DNA of 64,000 nt, taken from contig DATCJU010000094.1 in NCBI GenBank assembly GCA_036562635.1, forward strand, positions 11,758-75,757. The letters run 5' to 3'. The notes below the pieces were generated by a model that was not told where the DNA came from, did not search any database, and was given only the letters and a program-made list of their open reading frames with translations. Made by a program: the position numbers and the translations under genes. Positions within the stretch are counted from its first letter, which is position 1. Each line of letters starts with the position of its first letter. This DNA is from Pseudonocardiaceae bacterium. Its GTDB lineage: Bacteria > Actinomycetota > Actinomycetes > Mycobacteriales > Pseudonocardiaceae. This document shows, in pieces, positions 19,525 through 28,346 of the stretch.

Positions 19525-20736
19525 TCAGCCGACCACCGGGCCGAGATCCGGCGGGGTCCAGCCGAGGATGCGCCGGGCCTGGCGCTGCAGCACCCCGGCC
19601 GGGACGAGGGGCAGCACCGCGTCCCGCAGCCCGGCGGCGGGACCGTCCAGCTGGGCGAGGCGTGCGGCCCGGGCCGCCAGCCGCACCAGGCGCTGGGTAC
19701 GTGGGCGCCGGGCCGCGTCGTAGGCGGCGAGCGCAGCCGGAACGTCACCCCCGGGTGCGCCGAGCAGGGCGGCCAGCACCACCGCGTCCTCCAGGGCCTG
19801 GGCTCCGCCCTGCCCCAGGTCGGGGCTCATGGCGTGGGCGGCGTCCCCCACCAGGACCACGCGCCGGGTGACGTAGGTCGGGAGCGGATGGCGTTGGAAG
19901 CGGATGTCGTGCCGCAGCAGGGCCTCGGGCCGGGTGGCGGCCAGCAGTTCCGGGATCGGCGGATGCCAGTCGGCGAAACGTGCCGCCACCGCCGGCAGCG
20001 CCGCCCCGGACCCGGTGCCCGGAGGACCGGAGGCGGTGGCGTACCAGTACACCCGCCCGTCGGCGAGCGGCACGATCCCGAACCGCCGGCCCCTCCCCCA
20101 GGTCTCGACCGGCAGGTCCGGCACCCCGATCCGCGTCGCGGCCTCCGCCTCCACCACGGCCCGCCACGCCACGTACCCGGCGTGGGACGGCCCGGGATGC
20201 CCGGCGACGACGGCGGGCCGCACCACACTGTCCACGCCGTCCGCCCCCACCAGCAGGTCCGCGACCAGCTCGTCCGGGCCAGCCGCGGTCTCCACGGCGA
20301 CCACGACCCGCTCGGCGTCCTCCCGGACGTCGACCACCCGGTGCCCGGTGCGCAGCTCCGCGTCGCGTGCCCCGTCCCGCAGCAGGTGGTGCAGGTCGGC
20401 GCGGTGCAGGGCGAACATCGCGCCCACGTCGTCCTCCGACGGAACCCGGGTGGGGGCGTGGGCCAACCGGCGGCCGCGCGGGGTGCGTAGCTCGGCAGGA
20501 CCCCGGATCGCGGCGCGGCGCCGCAGCCGCTCGCCCAGACCGAGCCGGTCCAGGGCTCGCACCGCGTTGGACGGCAGGGCGATACCCGCGCCCACCGGGG
20601 CGAACTCCGGGGCACGTTCCAGCACGACCACCCGCCAGCCGGCACGGCCCAGCACACCGGCGACCGCCAGTCCGCCGATGCCTCCCCCCGCCACCACGAC
20701 CGTGGCCCGGGCGGGGCCGCTCACCTCACGCACCAC
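19525..20736 (-). CDS. FAD-dependent monooxygenase (aromatic hydroxylase-like)
   Basis: VVVAGGGIGGLAVAGVL (GxGxxG), a DG motif and VVLVGDAAHAMSPDLGQGGAQALEDA (FAD/NAD fingerprint). GTG 20724 is an alternative start. Confidence 0.88.
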   Translation of the reverse strand: MVREVSGPARATVVVAGGGIGGLAVAGVLGRAGWRVVVLERAPEFAPVGAGIALPSNAVRALDRLGLGERLRRRAAIRGPAELRTPRGRRLAHAPTRVPSEDDVGAMFALHRADLHHLLRDGARDAELRTGHRVVDVREDAERVVVAVETAAGPDELVADLLVGADGVDSVVRPAVVAGHPGPSHAGYVAWRAVVEAEAATRIGVPDLPVETWGRGRRFGIVPLADGRVYWYATASGPPGTGSGAALPAVAARFADWHPPIPELLAATRPEALLRHDIRFQRHPLPTYVTRRVVLVGDAAHAMSPDLGQGGAQALEDAVVLAALLGAPGGDVPAALAAYDAARRPRTQRLVRLAARAARLAQLDGPAAGLRDAVLPLVPAGVLQRQARRILGWTPPDLGPVVG

Positions 20737-21682
20737 CTCCGGAACGCACCAGCTCCAACCAGCGTGCGGCCGCGGTGAACGCCGCGTCGGCCCCGTGGGG
20801 CGGCACGACGGTCGGGGTGCGGTCGGCCCGTGGATAGGAGCCGAGGAAACGGACCTCGGTGCACCGCCGGTACAGCGCGGCCAGGGCGTCCCCCACCCGC
20901 GCCTCGGCCACGTGGCCCTCGAAGTCCAGGAAGAACCGGTACTCGCCGATCCGGTCCCGGATGGGGCGGGACTCGATCCGGGTGAGGTTGATCCCGCGGG
21001 AGGCCAGTTCGTCCAGCACCTCCGACAGCGCCCCGACCCGGTGCGCGGTCACCACGACCACCGAGGTGCGGTCGGCCCCGGTGGGTTCCGGCAGCCACCC
21101 TGGCGCGCGGACCAGCAGGAACCGGGTGACCGCGTCCCGCACGTCCGCCACGTCCTCGGCCAGCACCTCCAACGGGTAGTGCAGGGCGGCGGCCGGGGCG
21201 GTGACCGCCGCGTCGAACTCGCCGCGCTGCACGGCCAGTGCCGCCCCGGCGGTGGAGGAGGCCGGCACCACGTCCGCCTGGGGGAGGTGCTCGGCCAGCC
21301 ACCGCCGCACCTGGGCGGCGGCGTGTGGGTGGGTGGCCACGGTGCGCACGTCCGCGGCCCGGGTGCCCGGGCGGACCAGGACGGTGAAGCGGATCGGCAG
21401 GGCCACCTCGGCCACGGTGACCAGGGGCTCGTCCACGGCCAGGGCGTCGAGGGTGGCGGTGACCGAGCCCTCGACGGAGTTCTCCACCGGCACGCAGGCG
21501 GCGTGGGCGTTCCCGGCCCGGACCTCGGCGAGGGCGGCGGGGATGGTGTCGAAGGGGATCAGTTCGGCACCGGCGAGATCGGGGGGAAGCCGGACACCGG
21601 CGTCGTGGTCCTGTGTCACGAGCGAGCGGGCCGCCTGCTCGGTGAACGTCCCCCGGGGGCCGAAGTACGCGATCCGCGGCAC
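20726..21682 (-). CDS. pheA: prephenate dehydratase
   Basis: MPRIAYFGPRGTFTEQAA, a PDT domain with VPVENSVEGSV, and a C-terminal ACT domain (ESRPI...YRFFLDFEGH). Confidence 0.93.
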   Translation of the reverse strand: MPRIAYFGPRGTFTEQAARSLVTQDHDAGVRLPPDLAGAELIPFDTIPAALAEVRAGNAHAACVPVENSVEGSVTATLDALAVDEPLVTVAEVALPIRFTVLVRPGTRAADVRTVATHPHAAAQVRRWLAEHLPQADVVPASSTAGAALAVQRGEFDAAVTAPAAALHYPLEVLAEDVADVRDAVTRFLLVRAPGWLPEPTGADRTSVVVVTAHRVGALSEVLDELASRGINLTRIESRPIRDRIGEYRFFLDFEGHVAEARVGDALAALYRRCTEVRFLGSYPRADRTPTVVPPHGADAAFTAAARWLELVRSGGGA

Positions 21683-21841
21683 CTTGTCAGCCTACGACGG
21701 GCCGGATTCTCGGTCGGGTGAGCCTCGGGTGACCGGATCGTGGTCATACGCCGGGTGCGAGGCCAAAGAGCGCCAGCCTAGGGGGCGGATCACCTCCGCC
21801 ACACGTGTGGTTCCCCGATACACCCCATACTGCGTCCTGCA

Positions 21842-22462
21842 ATGCTGTTCGCTGTGACCGCCGATTCGGAGGGCCCCACGAACGGAGCGGTACCGGCTTT
21901 GCGACTCGTGCTGTGTGCGGTTGACCAACCCCTCGCCCAGGCGTGGTGGGAGATCGCGGCCAACCGGCACGGCGTCACCGTCCACCCCGGTTCGGTGTTC
22001 GACCTCGAGGTGGACGCGGTCGTCAGCCCGGCCAACTCGTTCGGCTGGATGCGGGGCGGTATCGACGCGCTCTACGCCCGCGCCTATCCCCAGGTGGAGG
22101 AGAACGTGCGCAGCGCCGTGCTGGCGTTGCACGGTGGTGAGCTCCCCGTGGGTGAGGCAGTGGTGGTACCCACCGGTGTCCGGGTACCAGCCTGGTTGAT
22201 CAGTGCTCCCACCATGAGAAATCCGGGTGAGCACCTGCCACCGGACACCGTGCACCCCTATCTCGCCGCCAGGGCCGTGTTCCGGCTGTGGCGCGACGGC
22301 CGGTTGGAGAACGGCACTCCGGTCCGGCACGCGGTGCGGTCCATCGCGATGCCGGGACTGGGCACCGGTGTGGGTGGGGTGGACCCCCGCACCTGTGCCC
22401 GACAGGTGGCCGCGGCGTGGGACGAGATGTTCGGACAGTGGTCAGGAGCGGCCGCGGTCTGA
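21842..22462 (+). CDS. macro domain-containing protein (ADP-ribose binding/hydrolase-like)
   Basis: DAVVSPANSFGWMRGGIDALY motif and a following Gly-rich loop (PGLGTGVGG). Confidence 0.75.
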   Translation: MLFAVTADSEGPTNGAVPALRLVLCAVDQPLAQAWWEIAANRHGVTVHPGSVFDLEVDAVVSPANSFGWMRGGIDALYARAYPQVEENVRSAVLALHGGELPVGEAVVVPTGVRVPAWLISAPTMRNPGEHLPPDTVHPYLAARAVFRLWRDGRLENGTPVRHAVRSIAMPGLGTGVGGVDPRTCARQVAAAWDEMFGQWSGAAAV

Positions 22463-22563
22463 CACGTCGCGGTTCGGGACGTCGACAACGCCGGTCGACC
22501 CGGTCGACCGGCTGCCGGTACCACTCCCGTCGAGGGCCAACAGAGAGCAACGGATGACACAGA

Positions 22564-22599
22564 GCGGCCCCGCACCGGCCGGTTCCGGTGCGGGGCCGC
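22564..22599. terminator. bidirectional stem-loop (15-bp stem, GCGGCCCCGCACCGG / CCGGTGCGGGGCCGC)
   Basis: Perfect inverted repeat with a 6-nt loop between the convergent macro-domain and hsp20 genes. Confidence 0.6.
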
Positions 22600-22657
22600 C
22601 CGTGTCGGCCGCGGTCGACGTCGGCCGGTCCGATCGCCGCCGCGGCGGTCGCGCGGG

Positions 22658-23170
22658 TCACTGACGGGTGTCACGCTCCTCCGCGGTGCCCTCGATCGCC
22701 GTGGGGGTCGAGCCACCGACGCTGCGGATCCGCACCTTCTGCGCGGTCACCGCCGGGCGCACCACGTCCCGGACGCGCACGCGCAGCAGCCCACGGTCGT
22801 AGGTGGCGTCGACCTGGTCGGCGGTCACGCCCTCGGGGAGCGCGAACTCGCGGCGGAACTCACCGGTGCGGATCTCCCGGATCATCGTCCCGTCCCCGTC
22901 CGTGGACCGCTCCTCGGAACGCCGGCCGCTGATGGTCAGCCGCCCCTCGGCGACCTCCACGTCGACGTCCTTGTCCACGTCGACGCCGGGCAGTTCCAGG
23001 GTGATCACCACGTCCGACCCCTCACGGGTCATGTCGGCGGCAGGAACGAACCCGGTCACCCCGACCGGACCGGAACCGAACGCGCGGCGTACGAGCGCGT
23101 CGAACTCCGCATCCACCTGCCGCACGAGCGCGGTGAAGGGATCCCACACGGAACCAACACCGATCGCCAT
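22658..23170 (-). CDS. Hsp20/alpha-crystallin family small heat-shock protein
   Basis: Alpha-crystallin domain (VVITLELPGVDVDKDVDVEVAEGRLTISG...FRREFALPEGV). ATG 23170 preceded by GAGGAGGG. Confidence 0.93.
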   Translation of the reverse strand: MAIGVGSVWDPFTALVRQVDAEFDALVRRAFGSGPVGVTGFVPAADMTREGSDVVITLELPGVDVDKDVDVEVAEGRLTISGRRSEERSTDGDGTMIREIRTGEFRREFALPEGVTADQVDATYDRGLLRVRVRDVVRPAVTAQKVRIRSVGGSTPTAIEGTAEERDTRQ

Positions 23171-23233
23171 GTTCGTCCCTCCTCAGTCCTGTGTGCGCCG
23201 AACCGTCTCTCACCTGCGGAGCGAGCCTCCGGA

Positions 23234-23260
23234 TTAGCACTCTCGCTCCATGAGTGCTAA
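23234..23260. promoter_or_regulatory. CIRCE operator (HrcA-binding inverted repeat), perfect consensus TTAGCACTC-N9-GAGTGCTAA
   Basis: Read directly: TTAGCACTC (23234..23242), tcgctccat, GAGTGCTAA (23252..23260). Lies 64-90 nt upstream of hsp20 (minus strand) and 86 nt upstream of the response regulator (plus strand). Confidence 0.85.
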
Positions 23261-23345
23261 CGCACGGAGGTGCCTCGGTGTTCCCGGACACGGCTCCGGG
23301 GGGAATCACCCACCGGAAGGGAACGGGAGGTCGTACCGTGAGGCC

Positions 23346-24005
23346 GTGACGGTGCGGGTACTACTGGTCGACGACCACGAGGTGGTCCGACTGGGACTGC
23401 GTGACCTGTTGGACAACGAGGACGACATCGAGGTCGTCGCCGAGGCCGGCAGCGTGGCCGAGGCCCTGGTCATGGCCCGGGCCCACCACCCGGACGTCGC
23501 CGTGGTCGACATGCGGCTCCCCGACGGCGACGGGACCACCCTCTGCCGCCGGCTCCGCGAGGAGGCCCCCGCCGGGCACACCCCACCCCGCTGCCTGGTG
23601 CTCACCGCGTTCGACGACGAGCAGGCCGTCGTGGGCGCCATCCTGGCCGGCGCCTCCGGCTACCTGCTCAAACAGGTCCGGGGGCAGGACCTGGTGCTGG
23701 CCGTGCGCGAGGTCGCCGCAGGCCGTTCGCTGCTCGACCCCGTCACCACCGCCCGGGTGCTGGAGCGGGTGCGCCAGCAGGCCGGGGGCGAGCAGGACGA
23801 CGCACTCGCCACGCTCACCGAGCAGGAGCGGCGGGTGCTGGAGCTGATCGGCGAGGGCCTGACCAACCGGCAGATCGCCGCCCGACTGTTCCTGGCCGAG
23901 AAGACGGTCAAGAACTACGTGACCTCGATCCTGGCCAAGCTCGGCATGGAACGACGTACCCAGGCCGCCGCCTGGATCGCCCGCCGCACCCGCCATCACG
24001 ACTGA
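23346..24005 (+). CDS. NarL/LuxR-family response regulator, DevR/DosR-like
   Basis: Receiver domain (VRVLLVDDHEVVRLGL...DVAVVDMRLPDGDG) plus LuxR HTH (LTEQERRVLELIGEGLTNRQIAARLFLAEKTVKNYVTSILAKLGMERRTQAA). Long identical runs with M. tuberculosis DevR as I remember it. GTG 23346 (or 23352). Confidence 0.88.
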   Translation: MTVRVLLVDDHEVVRLGLRDLLDNEDDIEVVAEAGSVAEALVMARAHHPDVAVVDMRLPDGDGTTLCRRLREEAPAGHTPPRCLVLTAFDDEQAVVGAILAGASGYLLKQVRGQDLVLAVREVAAGRSLLDPVTTARVLERVRQQAGGEQDDALATLTEQERRVLELIGEGLTNRQIAARLFLAEKTVKNYVTSILAKLGMERRTQAAAWIARRTRHHD

Positions 24006-24722
24006 TCCCCGGGGCGCCCCGCCACCGGGCGGGACCCACCGCGCCCGGACCGGCCGCCGGGACAGGCCCGCGACTCCGGGCACCACACCCACGCAGCGCA
24101 CCGGACGGATCGACGACACCGACGGGTCCCGTCCCGGGTCGACCGCCCCACGACCCCTTGGTCACCGCCCCACCGACACACCCGGTGCAGCCCGCAGCAC
24201 GGTCGAGGACGAGAACGACGAGAACTCGGACACGCCCGAATTACAGCTCTGTTTCGGATGGCGGGACAGGGAAACAATGTGCGCCGGTGCGTAAGTTTCC
24301 ACGGTGAGGAGCACACCCCAGGTCCTCGCGCACCGGCCCGGACCGCGCACCGAGGAAGTCCGATCCCTTCCCGGCGGAGCGACACGAGCCGCGGAACGTG
24401 CCGGTCCAGCGGCCGGTCCCGCCGCCGGAACAAGGCCGACGACCTACCGGAAGGGGGCTCAGGCCAGCCCCGGAAGGGGACGACGGAGAAGATGGCCGAA
24501 CACGGTCGCCGCGCCCGGCACACACCCGCCATCACCGAGTCGACCGGGAGCGTGACAGGCCCCACGGAGGACCTGCTTACCGACAGCGTATCGACGATGC
24601 ACTCCGAGCGGAGCAACCACAGTGCGTCATTCGGAGCAATTTTTCTGCTCTTCCGGAAATTATGCTGTGGTTCTGCACACGCGCTTCGACCGCGGAGTCC
24701 CGCCGCGGTCCCCGAACACGTC

Positions 24723-26075
24723 ATGATCAATCACATGTGCGAAGGATCGACACGGTACCCGGCCATATGGCTGCGCCCACTGCACTGGTGGTGGGTGGCG
24801 CTGTCCGGCGTACTGGTCATGGTCACCGGCGTCTGCGGAAGCTGGTGGCTGTGGGAGTGGCTCCGAGGGCTACCCGGCCCGGAGTGGATCCGTGAACTGC
24901 TCCAGATGGTCCGCGCGGTGCTGACCGCCACCGGCGCGGCCTGGGTGGCACTGACGCTGCTGATGGCCGTGGTGAGCCCGCGCGGGGTGCGCGAACTGCT
25001 GAGCGTGCTCACCGGGGAACGCGGTACCTCCGACTCCTGGCGCGACGCGGCGGAGCGACGGATCACCGAGCTGTACGCCAAGGCCGTCGAGCAGCTGTCC
25101 TCCGAGCACGTGCCCGACCGCCTGGCCGGGCTGTCCACCCTGGAACAGCTGGCCCAGAACAGCCCGGGGTACCGGCAGGCCGTGGTCGAGACGATCTGTG
25201 CCTACCTCCGCACCCCCTGCCCGCACAGCGGAGGCCCGACCGCCACCGGCGCCGGGGACGACGACGGCGTCCGGGAAGGAGCCGGGCAGTGGAGCGGGGA
25301 GTGCCAGGTCCGGGTGACCGCCCAGCGCATCCTGGCGAGCCACCTGCGGCCCGACCGCGACCCCACGAACGGCGAGCCCACCAACCCCAGGTTCTGGGCG
25401 GACATCGACCTGGACCTGTCCGGCGCCACCCTGCACGACTGGGACTTCTCTGGCTGTACGGTGCGCACCTCGCGCTTCACCCGGACGACCTTCCTCGGCA
25501 ACACCGGGTTCGAGCGGGCCACCTTCACCGGCCACGCCTGGTTCCGTGAGGCGACCTTCGCTGGGAACGTCCGGTTCACCCGCGCGACCTTCGCCGGGGA
25601 CGCCTGGTTCAACCTGACGACCTTCCACCGCGACGCCTGGTTCACCGAGGTGTTCGTCGCCGGCGACACCTGGTTCTCCGAGGCGACGTTCGTGCAGAAC
25701 GCCTGGTTCAACCGGGCGAGCCTCGACCGCGACGCGTGGTTCGCCGAGGTGGCCTTCGCCGGGGACGCCTGGTTCGTGGAGACCGACTTCGGCGGCGACG
25801 CCTGGTTCGGCCAGGCGGTCTTCGGCGGCGAGGTGTGCCTCATGGGCGCCCGGGCCCGGGTGGACCGTGCGGTGCTCTCGGTCTGGCCGATGGGATGGCG
25901 ACTACGCCGACCCGACGACGAGGACGAGGCGCGCCTGCCCGGCAAGCACGGCAGCTGGGGCTTCCTGGTCCCACTGCCCTCGGTTCCCACCACGCCACCT
26001 GCCAAGCCCAAGCCCGTCACCACGGAGACCGACTCCTTCGACAACGGCGGCACAGCGCTGGCCGGCCAGCTCTGA
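24723..26075 (+). CDS. membrane-anchored pentapeptide repeat protein (paralogue 1)
   Basis: Two N-terminal TM helices (LHWWWVALSGVLVMVTGV...). HEAT-like segment ELYAKAVEQL...LEQLAQNSPGYRQAVVETICAYLR. About 28 pentapeptide units (ATFTGHAWFREATFAGNVRF...). Conserved C-terminal VWPMGW...WGFL. Start at ATG 24723; the ORF-track start 24258 lies in low-GC non-coding-looking DNA. Confidence 0.8.
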   Translation: MINHMCEGSTRYPAIWLRPLHWWWVALSGVLVMVTGVCGSWWLWEWLRGLPGPEWIRELLQMVRAVLTATGAAWVALTLLMAVVSPRGVRELLSVLTGERGTSDSWRDAAERRITELYAKAVEQLSSEHVPDRLAGLSTLEQLAQNSPGYRQAVVETICAYLRTPCPHSGGPTATGAGDDDGVREGAGQWSGECQVRVTAQRILASHLRPDRDPTNGEPTNPRFWADIDLDLSGATLHDWDFSGCTVRTSRFTRTTFLGNTGFERATFTGHAWFREATFAGNVRFTRATFAGDAWFNLTTFHRDAWFTEVFVAGDTWFSEATFVQNAWFNRASLDRDAWFAEVAFAGDAWFVETDFGGDAWFGQAVFGGEVCLMGARARVDRAVLSVWPMGWRLRRPDDEDEARLPGKHGSWGFLVPLPSVPTTPPAKPKPVTTETDSFDNGGTALAGQL

Positions 26076-26392
26076 CCCGCCGCAGCCGACGGAGTCCCGT
26101 CCCAACAACTGAAACGCCCTGAACAGTGTGGCCGGTTGCCTCACCTCCACCGGCCGCAGCCGCCGCCCCCTCACATCGACATCGCTCGGCCCCGTCGAAC
26201 CGGAGTCGCCGCACCGGTTCCCGGTACGGAGAGCACGTTCCGCTACCCGATCACAGTCGCTGAGAGTAGCGGATCTCTCACCAACAGTTCTCGCGGCCTG
26301 CCTCTCGCCCGCTGTCCTCGACACAGGTTCGCCTCCGGTGTGGCTGTGCCTCCGTCAGGCTCCTCAGCGCTCAGCGGGTGCGGGCGCCGCGG

Positions 26393-28006
26393 TCACGCCA
26401 CCTCCGACGGATCGTCCTCACCGTCGCCGGAGCTGGTCGGCTTGTCCTCTTCGGCGACCTTCTCCAGGAATCCCCACACGCCCTCGTGGCCTTCCAGGAG
26501 GCCTTCCTCGTCATCGGCAGGCTCCCACACCTGCCATCCCACCGGCCACACCCGCTCGGCCTTACGGTCCAACCGGGCTCGCGCTTTCACGAGCTGAACA
26601 CCCTTGTGGAAAACCGCCTCATCGAACCAGACATCGTCGTAGAAGATCGCCTTATCGAACCGGGCATCGTCGTGGAAGGCCGCATCCTCGAACTTGACAT
26701 TGTTGTGGAAGACCGCCCCCTCGAACCAGGCGATGCCGCGGAAAACCGCATCCTCGAACCAGGCACTGTCGCGGAAGACCGCCTCATCGAATTTGACACT
26801 GTCGTGGAAGATCACCTCACGAAACCAGGCATCGCCGTGAAAAACTGCCATAACGAACCTGGCCTCGTCGTGGAAAACCGTCTCCCTGAAATTGCCCTTT
26901 TTGTGGAAAACCGCATCACCGAATCCAGCGCTGTCGTGGAAGACCGCCTCATCGAACCAGGCATAACCACGGAAGACCGCATCCTCGAACCAGGTGATGC
27001 CACGGAAAACCGCATCACTGAAGTTGGCATCGACGCGGAATACCGCCCTACCGAAATCGGCACCGGCGTGGAAGGCCACATTACTGAACGCGGCTCTGTC
27101 GCGAAAGACCGCCGCGTGGAACCCGGCATCGCCGTGGAAGACCGCCCCACCGAACGCGGCCTCACCATGGAAGACCGACCGATGGAACCGGGCATAGCCG
27201 TGGAAGATCGTCCCGTAGAACTCGACGTCGCCGTGGAAGGTCGCTCTGTTGAACCAGGCATCGCCGTGGAAGACTGCTCCATAGAACAAGGCACCGCCGC
27301 GGAAGACCGTCTGGAAGAAGTTGGCGTGGCGGACCTCGCAGCCAGCGAACTCCCATTTGTGCAGGGTGGCTCCGGACAGGTCCAGGTCGATGTCGGGCCA
27401 GAACTTGGGATTGGTGGGCCGACCGGTCTTCTCGTCGCGGTCGGGAAACAGGTGATCGGTGAGGATGCGCTGGGCGGTCTGCCGGACCTGTCGCTCCTCC
27501 GCCCATTGCCGGGCCCGCTCCCGAGCAGCCTGCTGCTCCTCCACCGAACCAGCACCGCCCGCTGACTTGACCGAGGCGGAATCCTGGTTCTCCTCCAGAT
27601 CCTCGTCGACAGGGCCGGGCAGGCGCAGGTAGGCACAGATCACGTTGACGATGGTCTGCCGGTGCCCCGGATTGTCCTGCGCCAGCTGCTCCAGCGCGTA
27701 CAGCCCGCCCAGACGCACCGCGGCCTTGTCACTGCCCAGCTGCTCGACGGCCTTGGTGTACAGCTCGGCGACCCACCGCTCGGTCACATCGTGCTCGGCA
27801 ACCTGGGCGGCCCGCTTCCTCTGTTCCAGACCCTCGGCGGCGATCCTTTCCCTGAGCTGCAGGTCCTGCTCAGTGGTCCCCTGTCGCCGGAACGCCCACA
27901 GCAACGCCGCCGCACCCGCCCCGAAGCCCACCGCCGACACCGCGGTGCGCGCCACCTGCCACCAGCGCGACGCCTCACGCCGGGGCACCATCGACCGCTC
28001 GATCAT
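26393..28006 (-). CDS. membrane-anchored pentapeptide repeat protein (paralogue 2, expanded repeat array)
   Basis: Same architecture as 24723..26075: one TM, ELYTKAVEQL...LEQLAQDNPGHRQTIVNVICAYLR, PTNPKFWPDIDLDLSGATLHKWEF. About 54 contiguous pentapeptide units of the type AVFHGDAWFx. C-terminal VWPVGW...WGFL. Confidence 0.85.
   Translation of the reverse strand: MIERSMVPRREASRWWQVARTAVSAVGFGAGAAALLWAFRRQGTTEQDLQLRERIAAEGLEQRKRAAQVAEHDVTERWVAELYTKAVEQLGSDKAAVRLGGLYALEQLAQDNPGHRQTIVNVICAYLRLPGPVDEDLEENQDSASVKSAGGAGSVEEQQAARERARQWAEERQVRQTAQRILTDHLFPDRDEKTGRPTNPKFWPDIDLDLSGATLHKWEFAGCEVRHANFFQTVFRGGALFYGAVFHGDAWFNRATFHGDVEFYGTIFHGYARFHRSVFHGEAAFGGAVFHGDAGFHAAVFRDRAAFSNVAFHAGADFGRAVFRVDANFSDAVFRGITWFEDAVFRGYAWFDEAVFHDSAGFGDAVFHKKGNFRETVFHDEARFVMAVFHGDAWFREVIFHDSVKFDEAVFRDSAWFEDAVFRGIAWFEGAVFHNNVKFEDAAFHDDARFDKAIFYDDVWFDEAVFHKGVQLVKARARLDRKAERVWPVGWQVWEPADDEEGLLEGHEGVWGFLEKVAEEDKPTSSGDGEDDPSEVA
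26561..27370 (-). repeat. degenerate tandem 30-nt (decapeptide = 2 pentapeptide) coding repeat, about 27 units
   Basis: A unit close to GTGGAAGACCGCCTCATCGAACCAGGCATCGCC on the plus strand recurs head-to-tail across about 0.8 kb inside paralogue 2. Both strands stay open across it. Confidence 0.8.
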
Positions 28007-28139
28007 TTCTCGATCATGTCAAGTCACAACGACACGGGCACAGCTCGAAACCGTGGGTCCGTCCAACATCACACGCCCACTGAGCAACGACAGTCGGAGT
28101 GGCTCCCGACCTTCTGTCCAGCGGGAGCGAACACTCCGG

Positions 28140-28346
28140 TCACACCGCCTCCGACTGGGCCCGCTCCACCTCTGGCAGGCCGGACGTCCGCTGGGCCTGG
28201 ACCAGTGCCACGGTGTCCTGCCACAACCACCAGCCCACACCCACCCCGACGCCCACCACCAACACCGCGGTGAGCACCACCCACCACCAGCGCAACGGCT
28301 GCAACCGCAACGCCTCACGCCGGGACACCGTCGACTGCTCGCTCAC
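28140..28346 (-). CDS. 68-aa TM-only protein; truncated N-terminal copy of the pentapeptide paralogues (possible gene remnant)
   Basis: MSEQSTVSRREALRLQPLRWWWVVLTAVLVVGVGV matches the N-termini of both full-length paralogues. About 55 nt around its start is near-identical to the start region of 26393..28006. Confidence 0.5.
   Translation of the reverse strand: MSEQSTVSRREALRLQPLRWWWVVLTAVLVVGVGVGVGWWLWQDTVALVQAQRTSGLPEVERAQSEAV

Noticed and set aside
23171-23345. DosR box (GGGAC-N4-GTCCC) in the hsp20 / response-regulator intergenic region, as seen for hspX in mycobacteria.
   Set aside because: A single GTCCC pentamer is present without a correctly spaced partner. The only strong element here is CIRCE.
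23996-24730. 244-aa minus-strand ORF, together with the 5' part of ORF 24258..26075, filling the 0.7-kb spacer after the response regulator.
   Set aside because: Low GC3, Arg/Ser/Cys-rich translation and no motifs. The pentapeptide paralogue alignment shows that the real gene starts at about 24723.
26561-27370. Regular 30-nt repeats considered as a possible CRISPR array.
   Set aside because: The repeats are contiguous with no unique spacers, are degenerate rather than identical, lie entirely inside a coding sequence in phase with a pentapeptide protein repeat, and no cas genes are present.
26378-27565. 395-aa plus-strand ORF with a periodic VEDR.IEPGI decapeptide, antisense to pentapeptide paralogue 2. 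The analogous ORF 25202..26053 lies antisense to paralogue 1.
   Set aside because: The open frame is a by-product of the 30-nt coding repeat. The opposite strand encodes a protein with a full conserved architecture shared with its paralogue. No start context or family match supports the antisense ORF.
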